IMG/VR virus record: IMGVR_UViG_3300009108_000751
Location: 1 to 64,000 of that record
DNA: 64,000 nucleotides
Reading direction: 5' to 3' (one strand)
Shown piece by piece: positions 56,327 through 64,000 of this stretch; position 1 is the stretch's first letter, and the number at the start of each line of letters is the position of its first letter. Below the pieces are notes generated by a model that was given only the letters and a program-made list of their open reading frames with translations, ran no database searches and was not told the DNA's origin. Made by a program: the position numbers and the translations under genes.

Positions 56327-57016
56327 ATGGAAAAAAAGCCGGGCATCCTCGTCAGTGTAATCATTACTTGCTATAACCTCGAAAAATACATTAGCCGGGC
56401 AATCAATAGCTGTATCAACCAGACGCTACCAGAAAAACAATATGAGGTTATTGTTGTGGATGATTGCTCCACGGATAGTTCATGGGAAGTAATCTCACAA
56501 TTCCAGGGCCTCGTAACGGCTATCAAGTCTGAAAAGAATGGCGGTGTATCTGCGGCATCTAACAAGGGGATATCTGCTAGCAGTGGAAAGTATGTGGTCC
56601 GGGTTGATGGCGATGATTTTATTAATAAGAATTTTCTTCACACAATGTCAGAAGTTTTAGAGTGGAACGATGATATCGGTTTTGTCTATTGTGATCAGAT
56701 TGTTGTTGAGAAAGACTTGAGTCGCAAGCAAGAAATTAATACGCTTGATAAACTTCTTGATCACGGCGCTGGAGTGATGTTTAGGCGAAGGTACCTAGAC
56801 GCCGTTGGTTTTTACGATGAGACGCTCCGAAACAGAGAAGACTATGATCTCATTCTACGCTATATTAAAAACTTTGACGGTCACCGATTAAGATTACCTT
56901 ATTACAGGTATTGTAAGCGACAAGGTTCCCTTTCATCCCATGCAGAGCAACGCCAATTGCTAAAGAATGAAATCGATAAAAAGCTTAAGTCCCAGGAAGA
57001 GTTAAAAGATGAGTGA
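56327..57016 (+). CDS. GT2 family glycosyltransferase
   Basis: SVIITCYN, VVDDCSTD, RVDGDD, EDYD. Confidence 0.9.
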   Translation: MEKKPGILVSVIITCYNLEKYISRAINSCINQTLPEKQYEVIVVDDCSTDSSWEVISQFQGLVTAIKSEKNGGVSAASNKGISASSGKYVVRVDGDDFINKNFLHTMSEVLEWNDDIGFVYCDQIVVEKDLSRKQEINTLDKLLDHGAGVMFRRRYLDAVGFYDETLRNREDYDLILRYIKNFDGHRLRLPYYRYCKRQGSLSSHAEQRQLLKNEIDKKLKSQEELKDE

Positions 57017-57878
57017 ATTAGAAGATCTCCCGGATCACGGGCTATCAAGAAAAGAAATTCTGAACATCCAGGCTCAAATGAATGCTTTTATAGACAAGCA
57101 TGAGCACCGCTCTGTAAATTACCGGCTCGGTATGCATCAAATTAGAGACCTGGAGATTGAAAGTCATTTTCTTTTTAACCGCTGGTCAATGACCAAAGAT
57201 TTAGAAAAAAGATGGCAGTCAGTGTGGGAGAGTTCAAAAAGATTGAGAGAGATGCTTATCGAAAGCAAAGCCGGAAAAAAAGATATTAGAGTTCTTGATA
57301 TCGGGTGTGGTCACTGTGCGTACTGGCCTATTCTAAGCAAATATAATGTCACAAAATTCACAGGAATAGATTTGTTTGACCTAACTACTATAGCCAGAGT
57401 CCAGGAATCATTAGGAGGCCTGTTCGAGCCTAAGGTGGCGCAACCAGTGTTAGGGACCGTATTGAGTAGCGAGAATATCGGCCTATTTGAGGTAGGCAAA
57501 GTCTTCGATAAAAATCTTCTAATTCCTGAAAGCGCCGAAGTATCAAACTATTTTGCTGCAATGCTGATGGTATGCGCAACATCCGTCGGCGCCTTAAGCG
57601 CATTAAACAACTTAGATCTTACTCACAAGCTGATCAAAAATATGTTACCTGATGCTAGCACTCGTCTTTTAATGTCGAAGGCTGAGAATTTTGAGGCTAT
57701 GCTAGGAGAAGATGAAAAATTTGATATCATCATGTGCGCCGGCGCCCATCCAGGGAAACCAATTCCCGGTGAAGGTGGAGGTGGCAAAAACATAGGAGTG
57801 CCGCCAGATCTTCTTGATAAAATAGCAGCAAAGCACTTAGCCTCCGGAGGTGCAGTAGCACATGTGCATAATGTTTAG
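57009..57878 (+). CDS. class I SAM methyltransferase
   Basis: VLDIGCG, GIDL, FDIIMC. Confidence 0.65.
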   Translation: MSELEDLPDHGLSRKEILNIQAQMNAFIDKHEHRSVNYRLGMHQIRDLEIESHFLFNRWSMTKDLEKRWQSVWESSKRLREMLIESKAGKKDIRVLDIGCGHCAYWPILSKYNVTKFTGIDLFDLTTIARVQESLGGLFEPKVAQPVLGTVLSSENIGLFEVGKVFDKNLLIPESAEVSNYFAAMLMVCATSVGALSALNNLDLTHKLIKNMLPDASTRLLMSKAENFEAMLGEDEKFDIIMCAGAHPGKPIPGEGGGGKNIGVPPDLLDKIAAKHLASGGAVAHVHNV

Positions 57879-57887
57879 GATACATCA

Positions 57888-58961
57888 ATGAATGAATTAG
57901 ATTTTCTGTGGGAAAAAATAAGATCAGGGAAACCTTTTTTCATCGCAGAGGCAGGGGTAAATCACTTAGGGTCTCTTGATCTCGGTGAGCGCCTTATTAA
58001 GGAAGCCGCAATGGCAGGAGCTCACGCAATAAAGTTCCAGTCATATAAGGCAGCAAATCTCTGTACGAAAGATGCGCCTAGATTCTGGGACTGGGAAGGC
58101 GAGCTCGAAGAGGATGGATCACAATTTGATTCTTACTCTCATTTAGATTCTTTCGGGGAAGCTGAGCATGCTGAACTAAAGAGAATGTGCGATGAGTATG
58201 ACATTGAGTTTATGTCTACTCCGTTTGATGATGAAGCTACAGACTACTTAGATAGAGTCGGCATCAATGCTTATAAGATTGCATCATGTGATGTTACCAA
58301 TCACCCCCTTTTAAAGCATGTGGGATCGAAGAAAAAGATTGTAATGCTATCCACGGGAGCGGCTAGCTTACAGGACATAGAAGAAGCAGTTGAAGTTCTA
58401 GAAGAAGCAGGAACAGACAAGATTGTTATTATGCACTGCAATCTAAAGTATCCTACTGATCCTGATCAAATAAACCTGTCAATGATCAAGTCAATTCAGG
58501 AAAAGTTCGGGGAAAAATATGCATACGGACTTTCAGATCATACTATGACTGTTGAGACGCCTGCATTCAGCCTTATGCTCGGTGCAAACGTAGTCGAAAA
58601 ACACTACACTGTAGACAAGACGCTCGATAAAAGCGCCGACCATTGGCTTTCTGTGGATCCAGCCCAAGTTAAAGAAATTGTTCGTCTTATGGACCTGTCA
58701 CATGTAATGATGGGTACATCTGAAGTTAAAGAATGTACTGAAAGTGAAGAGCGCGCCAAAATGTATGCTCGAAGAAGCGTCGTATCTCTAAAGCCCATTA
58801 AGGCCGGAGAAGTTTTCACATCTGATAATATTGGGTGCAAGCGACCGGGCACTGGGATATCACCAAAGATGTTTGATAAGATTTTAGGTACTACTGCAGC
58901 GCAAGACATTAAAGATGACACTCTTTTGACAACTGACGATTTGACAGAGCTAGGAAAATAA
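57888..58961 (+). CDS. neuB: N-acetylneuraminate (nonulosonic acid) synthase with C-terminal SAF domain
   Basis: IAEAGVNHLG, AIKFQ, STPFD, KIAS, LSTG, HC..KYP, GLSDH, EKHYT, KRPGTG. Confidence 0.92.
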   Translation: MNELDFLWEKIRSGKPFFIAEAGVNHLGSLDLGERLIKEAAMAGAHAIKFQSYKAANLCTKDAPRFWDWEGELEEDGSQFDSYSHLDSFGEAEHAELKRMCDEYDIEFMSTPFDDEATDYLDRVGINAYKIASCDVTNHPLLKHVGSKKKIVMLSTGAASLQDIEEAVEVLEEAGTDKIVIMHCNLKYPTDPDQINLSMIKSIQEKFGEKYAYGLSDHTMTVETPAFSLMLGANVVEKHYTVDKTLDKSADHWLSVDPAQVKEIVRLMDLSHVMMGTSEVKECTESEERAKMYARRSVVSLKPIKAGEVFTSDNIGCKRPGTGISPKMFDKILGTTAAQDIKDDTLLTTDDLTELGK

Positions 58962-58962
58962 T

Positions 58963-59820
58963 ATGAAGATTGGTATTTGCGGCCAAGGTTTTGTAGGAAC
59001 TGCTGTTCGAGAGGGCATGAGAGATTTTTTTGATCTTGCCACTTATGACAAGTTTAAAGCGGAGGACTTTGCAGTCGAGAGCCTTGCAGTGCTTGCTCGA
59101 GACTGTGAGGTTATTTTTGTTTGCTTGCCAACACCGATGAGAAAGTCAGGTGAGTGCGACACAAGAATAGTCGAAGGTGTTGTAAAAGAGATCGATGAGA
59201 TTTGTGGAGCAAATAATCTTGAAAATCGCGTAGCTGTGATCAAGTCAACTATTCCGCCAGGCACTACAGCAGGTCTCAACAAAGTAGTAAAAAACATCCA
59301 GGTTGTTTTTAATCCAGAGTTTTTGACAGAAGCCAATGCAATCAACGATTACAAGAATCAGACCAGAATTATTTTAGGTGGCCCAAGACCTGGAACTTCG
59401 AAAATGAAGACAATATTTGCGAAGGCTTTTCCTAACGCATCGATCATTAAGACGGGATCCAATACTGCCGAGATGGTTAAATACTTTACTAACTGCTTTC
59501 TTGCCACCAAAGTTAGCTTTTCTAATGAGCTACGTCAGATTTGCGAGAAGTCTAAAGTTGATTATGACAAGGTCGTAGAATACGGTCTTTACGACCCGAG
59601 AATAGGGAAGTCTCACTTTTCATCTCCTGGCCCAGATGGCTCATACGGTTTCGGAGGTCACTGCTTTCCAAAAGATATCAATGCCTTAATGTTTCTTGCA
59701 AGAGAAAAAGGCATCGATCCCAGTGTATTGCAAGCTGTCTGGGCTAAAAATCTTGAGGTAAGATCCCCTGAGCATCGTGATTGGGAAGCAATGTCTGGTA
59801 GAGCGGTGTCGGAGGATTAA
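58963..59820 (+). CDS. ugd: UDP-glucose/GDP-mannose 6-dehydrogenase (short form)
   Basis: GQGFVG, CLPTP, IKSTIPPG, NPEFL, AEMVKY..N.FLA, FGGHCFPKD. Confidence 0.88.
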   Translation: MKIGICGQGFVGTAVREGMRDFFDLATYDKFKAEDFAVESLAVLARDCEVIFVCLPTPMRKSGECDTRIVEGVVKEIDEICGANNLENRVAVIKSTIPPGTTAGLNKVVKNIQVVFNPEFLTEANAINDYKNQTRIILGGPRPGTSKMKTIFAKAFPNASIIKTGSNTAEMVKYFTNCFLATKVSFSNELRQICEKSKVDYDKVVEYGLYDPRIGKSHFSSPGPDGSYGFGGHCFPKDINALMFLAREKGIDPSVLQAVWAKNLEVRSPEHRDWEAMSGRAVSED

Positions 59821-60701
59821 TGAAAGCTCTGGTTACCGGCGGGTGCGGATTTATCGGTTCTCACATAGTCGAAGAACTCCTGTCCATGGGCAATAGGGTT
59901 ATCGTGATTGATGATGAGTCTGCTAACGAGAATCATAATTTCTATAAGTTCGATGGCGCAGAATATCATAAGCTTGATATCTGTGATGATACCACGTCAA
60001 GTCTTTACGAAGGAGTGGATGTCGTGTTTCATCTTGCAGCAAGATCAAGGATTCAGCCGACCATCGACGATCCTTCAGGAGCATTTGATGTTAATGTTCT
60101 CGGAACATCTCGGGTTCTTAATCATGCTAAAAATGCAGGCGTTAAAAAGGTAATCTACTCTAGTAGCTCTTCTTGCTATGGTCACAAGAATAAGCCTCCG
60201 CACCACGAGGAGATGACACCTGACTGTCTTACACCTTACTCTCTTTCAAAGAAGCAGGGTGAAGAGCTCTGCAAGATGTTCTCAGACCTATACGGTTTAA
60301 GCACAATAACATTACGCTATTTTAATGTGTATGGTCCAAGGGAGCCGTTGAAAGGCCAATACGCCCCTGTTGTAGGCCTTTTCAAGCGCATGAAAGAAAC
60401 AGGTGAGAAGCTAACCATTGTAGGAGATGGTGAACAGCGAAGAGATTTTACGTACATTAAAGATGTCGTTCGAGCTAACATCATGTCTGCAGACTCCAAA
60501 GTTCATCATGGTCTCTTCAATATTGGTACAGGTAGAAACTACTCCATTAATCAGGTAGCAGATCTTGTCGGAGGAGAGAAGTCTTACATTCCTTCTCGAT
60601 CTGGTGAAGCCCGCGAGACTATGGCTGATATCTCCAAGGCCACGCAAATCCTAGGGTGGTCACCTAGCCACCGATTAGAAGATACTGTACTTTCTTATTA
60701 G
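59820..60701 (+). CDS. NAD-dependent nucleotide-sugar epimerase/dehydratase
   Basis: TGGCGFIGSH, FHLAA, PYSLSK, RYFNVYGP, RDFTY. Confidence 0.9.
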   Translation: MKALVTGGCGFIGSHIVEELLSMGNRVIVIDDESANENHNFYKFDGAEYHKLDICDDTTSSLYEGVDVVFHLAARSRIQPTIDDPSGAFDVNVLGTSRVLNHAKNAGVKKVIYSSSSSCYGHKNKPPHHEEMTPDCLTPYSLSKKQGEELCKMFSDLYGLSTITLRYFNVYGPREPLKGQYAPVVGLFKRMKETGEKLTIVGDGEQRRDFTYIKDVVRANIMSADSKVHHGLFNIGTGRNYSINQVADLVGGEKSYIPSRSGEARETMADISKATQILGWSPSHRLEDTVLSY

Positions 60702-60719
60702 TTGGTATACTATTAGAAT

Positions 60720-61544
60720 ATGATATTCCCTACCGGTAAACCCCATATCTCATTTTCTGAGCTCTTTGCTTGGAAAGAATGCCCGTATCGGCATAAACTT
60801 TTACATATTGACAAGCTCGGTTCTTTTGAGCCCTCACCCTATCTTGGTTTTGGAACCGGTGTTCATGCTTCTTGCGAAGAGTATATCGAATCTAGAGAGA
60901 TGAATAAGGAGTTAGCTTTCAAGGAGATCGACGATTACTGGGATGAGAATCAAGAGGGGATCACAGCCTATATTAAGGCCAACGGTTTTTGTAAGTATTC
61001 ACCTGAGCGTGAGCAGTGGAAGCAGATAGCCTCTGACATTCTCGACGATGTCCCTGGTTTCTTAGACGAGACTTTTCCTGGGTGGAAAGGTGTTCAAGCT
61101 GAGGAAGACCTCTACGAATCAATCCAGAATGATGAGATGCAGTTCAAGGGTTTCATCGATGCAGTTATCATCAATAAGAATAAGAAGGGACAGCCAAAGA
61201 TATGGCTCCTTGACTGGAAAACTGCCGGCTGGGGATGGAGACCTCAAAAGAAGCAGGATTTTAATTACCAAATGCAGCTTCTTCTTTACAAGCACTTTTG
61301 GTCTGAGAAACACAATGTCAATCCCAAAGATGTAAAGATAGGCTTTGTCCTCCTCAAGAGAGACGGGAAGAACGGAAAGCGCTGCGAGCTGGTTGAAGTT
61401 TCTGGTTCTGAGGCTAAGCTAGAGAAGGCAACCAAGGTTGTAAGATCCATGCTCGCTGCAGTGCGCAAGGGCTTCTTTCCAAAAAATTACAGTGCATGCC
61501 GATGGTGTGAGTTTAAAGGTACGGAGCACTGTAGCGGTTCTTGA
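60720..61544 (+). CDS. PD-(D/E)XK nuclease (RecB/AddB/Cas4-like)
   Basis: ECP...GTGVH, GFIDAV, DWKT, QLLLY, CRWC.F...C. Confidence 0.82.
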   Translation: MIFPTGKPHISFSELFAWKECPYRHKLLHIDKLGSFEPSPYLGFGTGVHASCEEYIESREMNKELAFKEIDDYWDENQEGITAYIKANGFCKYSPEREQWKQIASDILDDVPGFLDETFPGWKGVQAEEDLYESIQNDEMQFKGFIDAVIINKNKKGQPKIWLLDWKTAGWGWRPQKKQDFNYQMQLLLYKHFWSEKHNVNPKDVKIGFVLLKRDGKNGKRCELVEVSGSEAKLEKATKVVRSMLAAVRKGFFPKNYSACRWCEFKGTEHCSGS

Positions 61545-61598
61545 TTTTTTATAAAAATTAATAGTGTGTGTATGATAATACGCAACCCTGAGGACTAG

Positions 61599-62864
61599 AT
61601 GAAAAAGAAGAAAATTCTATTGTTGAGCGATCACTTATTAAGCACGTCAGGTGTTGGGTGTCAATCTAGGTTTTTATCGCTTGGGCTAGCCCAAAAGGGT
61701 GATTGGACAATCAGGCAACTCGGTGCTGCCATTAAGCACGAAAGTTATGACATGGCACAACCCCACCCGGATATCTTAATTAAGCCCGTCGACGGTTTCG
61801 GCAACAGAGACATGATTCGACAGCTTTTGGCAGTTGAAAAGCCAGATGTGCTTCTGCTTTTCACAGATCCGCGATTTTTTGTCTGGATTTGGCAGATGGA
61901 AGATGAGATACATCAGGTTTGTCCCATCGCATATTGGCATGTGTGGGATAACGATCCATATCCGGAGTTTAATAATGTGTTCTACCAGTCAACAGATCTT
62001 ATTAACTGCCACTCCTACAAGACTTATGAGCTTGTTAGTCAGAGACACCCGACAAAAACTAATTTTATACCTCATGCTCTTCCGGAAGACATTTACTTTC
62101 CTATGAAACCCGAGGAGGTTAAGTCAAATAAAAAGCTTCTTTTAGGTGAAGATAGACTAGATCACTTTACTGGAATCTGGATTAATCGAAACGCTAAGCG
62201 CAAAAGACCGAATGATGTCTTGATGTCTTGGAAGATGTTTTTAGATGACCTGGAAAAAAAGCACGGTCATAGAAATGCAACTTTGATCATGCACACTGAC
62301 CCTTTTGATCAAGAGGGCCCAAATCTACAGAGCACAATGGAGCTACTTGGTATTGTAGATAACGTCTCTATATCAGCGCAGAGGATAGACTTTAATCAAA
62401 TGAATGTCCTTCATAACATATCTGATTTCTGTGTCAATATTGCTCTGAATGAAGGATTTGGGTTAACCACCCTAGAATCAATGCAGTGTGGAAAACCGAT
62501 AATCGCACTTAAGACAGGAGGCCTAACAAGGCAGGTAGTAGATCATAGAGATGGATCTGAGAACGGAATAGCGCTAGATCCTGATGTTAGATCTCTTGTG
62601 GGGAGTCAAATGGTCCCCTATATTTACGAAGACTACTGCAAAAATGAAAGTACTTCTGAGGCTTTTATGAAGATGTATGAGCTCGGACCAGAAGGTAGAA
62701 AGAAACTAGGGCAAAAAGCTAGAGAATATGTGCTGTCAGAATTCAAGCTTGAAAAGACTGTTGATTTGTGGGATGAGAGCTTAACAAAGCTCATCGAAGA
62801 CTGGAAAAATGACAGGGAAAAAATCTATAAACCCTGGAGAATGAAAGAGATGTCAGGAAAATGA
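61599..62864 (+). CDS. GT4 family glycosyltransferase
   Basis: TSGVG, NRNAKRK, NEGFGLTTLESMQCGKP. Confidence 0.85.
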   Translation: MKKKKILLLSDHLLSTSGVGCQSRFLSLGLAQKGDWTIRQLGAAIKHESYDMAQPHPDILIKPVDGFGNRDMIRQLLAVEKPDVLLLFTDPRFFVWIWQMEDEIHQVCPIAYWHVWDNDPYPEFNNVFYQSTDLINCHSYKTYELVSQRHPTKTNFIPHALPEDIYFPMKPEEVKSNKKLLLGEDRLDHFTGIWINRNAKRKRPNDVLMSWKMFLDDLEKKHGHRNATLIMHTDPFDQEGPNLQSTMELLGIVDNVSISAQRIDFNQMNVLHNISDFCVNIALNEGFGLTTLESMQCGKPIIALKTGGLTRQVVDHRDGSENGIALDPDVRSLVGSQMVPYIYEDYCKNESTSEAFMKMYELGPEGRKKLGQKAREYVLSEFKLEKTVDLWDESLTKLIEDWKNDREKIYKPWRMKEMSGK

Positions 62865-64000
62865 GAAAAGTTGTTTTAAGAGCACCTGTTCTTACACAAA
62901 GTGGATACGGAGTTCACAGCAGGCAAGTGGCACGCTGGCTCATCGGCTTAGCAGAAACTAACCAGATCAACTTGACAATTCAATGCGTGCCCTGGGGTGA
63001 TACTACGTGGTTTACTAATGGCGATGCACTTGAGGGATTAATTAATAAGATTTTCAAATATTCGGGAGGAGAGGTTCAAGATGCCGACGTTTCCTTCCAA
63101 GTGATTCTTCCAAATGAGTGGCAAAATATTGCCAAGTATAATGTGGGAATAACTGCAGGAATAGAGACAGATAGGTGCCATCCCAGCTGGATAAACGCAG
63201 TAAACTCTATGCACGCTGTAGTAGTACCGTCAGAGCATGCCAAGAAATGCTTTACAAATACGGGAAGAATAAACAAGGATATTATTGTTATTCCTGAGTC
63301 TTTCCCGGATGTTCTCACCCAAGAACCAGATCTTGAAAAATTTGACTTTAACACCGACTTCAATTTTCTTGTTTTCGGGCAGCTTACAGCCATGAATTTT
63401 CAAGATGATAGAAAAAATATTTTCAACACGCTTAAGGTTCTGGTCAATACTTTCAAAGATAAGGAAGATGTCGGGATTATTCTAAAGTCTAATGTAGGTC
63501 GATCTACAATCATGGATTTTAAGCAAATTCAGGGAGTTTTGACTGCACTCTTAAAATCTATAGGGCACAAAGGAAGTCCAAAAGTTTATCTCTTGCATGG
63601 AAATATGTCTGATGACGATCTACGTGATCTTTATAAGCACCCGAAAGTTAAAGCCCTTGTAACGATGACAAGAGGAGAAGGCTTTGGCCTACCGATCTTA
63701 GAATCAGCTGCATGCGGAGTTCCTGTCGCCGCCACACGCTGGTCAGCCCATACTGATTACATGAAAAGAGATTCTTATTTGAATATCAAATACGATCTTG
63801 TAGAGGTTAGCGATTCCAGAGTTGACGGTAATCTGTTTATCAAGGGAATGAAGTGGGCAGAAGCAAGTGAAAAATCTGCATCTGAGGAGTTAGAAAAGCT
63901 TTATAAGTATTATTCTGTTTATGATAAAAGAGCTCGTGCACACCAGGAGGTAATCCTTGAAAGTCACAGCTTTGATTCGATTCAGGGCAAATACCAAGAG
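62861..64000 (+). CDS. GT4 family glycosyltransferase (runs off the window; absent from the ORF track)
   Basis: MRKVVLRAPVLTQSGYGVHSR, DRKN, TRGEGFGLPILESAACG. Confidence 0.85.
   Translation, partial: MRKVVLRAPVLTQSGYGVHSRQVARWLIGLAETNQINLTIQCVPWGDTTWFTNGDALEGLINKIFKYSGGEVQDADVSFQVILPNEWQNIAKYNVGITAGIETDRCHPSWINAVNSMHAVVVPSEHAKKCFTNTGRINKDIIVIPESFPDVLTQEPDLEKFDFNTDFNFLVFGQLTAMNFQDDRKNIFNTLKVLVNTFKDKEDVGIILKSNVGRSTIMDFKQIQGVLTALLKSIGHKGSPKVYLLHGNMSDDDLRDLYKHPKVKALVTMTRGEGFGLPILESAACGVPVAATRWSAHTDYMKRDSYLNIKYDLVEVSDSRVDGNLFIKGMKWAEASEKSASEELEKLYKYYSVYDKRARAHQEVILESHSFDSIQGKYQE

Noticed and set aside
60720-61544. Cas4-like nuclease as a sign of a CRISPR system
   Set aside because: No repeat-spacer array or other cas genes seen; stand-alone PD-(D/E)XK nucleases are common in phages.
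36046-64000. Reading the island as an ordinary bacterial O-antigen/capsule locus
   Set aside because: No export or polymerisation genes; contiguous with phage-type genes and an embedded phage nuclease. Not fully excluded, since hallmark virion genes are outside the window.
1-64000. Eukaryotic giant virus origin
   Set aside because: SD sites, translational coupling, TATAAT promoters, tmRNA, TilS and a sigma-4 protein all indicate a bacterial host.

Overview
This window looks like part of a large (jumbo-type) bacteriophage genome. It has dense, mostly + strand ORFs, bacterial Shine-Dalgarno sites, a tRNA and a tmRNA, and no host core genes; no capsid, terminase or polymerase lies inside it. 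There are two very different halves. (1) ~1-18 kb is GC-richer (roughly 55% by eye) and holds many small ORFs, an AAA+/metallopeptidase-vWA pair, a minimal TilS plus a CAU tRNA, cysteine synthase and a RadA-like ATPase. It is organised as promoter-leader-ORF cassettes by 21 copies of a non-canonical GTGTAA-N17-TATAAT promoter, and contains two non-coding repeat blocks (10.2-10.65 kb and 17.9-18.2 kb). (2) ~19.8-64 kb is AT-richer (roughly 40% by eye). It carries probable internal virion proteins (one with annexin-like repeats), a YeaH-SpoVR-PrkA triad, an apparently ATPase-dead GroEL homologue, a nucleotidyltransferase, an Hc1-like protein, tmRNA, a stand-alone sigma-region-4 protein and PIN-PhoH. 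From ~36 kb to the window end lies a >=28 kb glycan synthesis/modification island. All family assignments come from motif recognition by eye; no database searches were run, and GC values are estimates.
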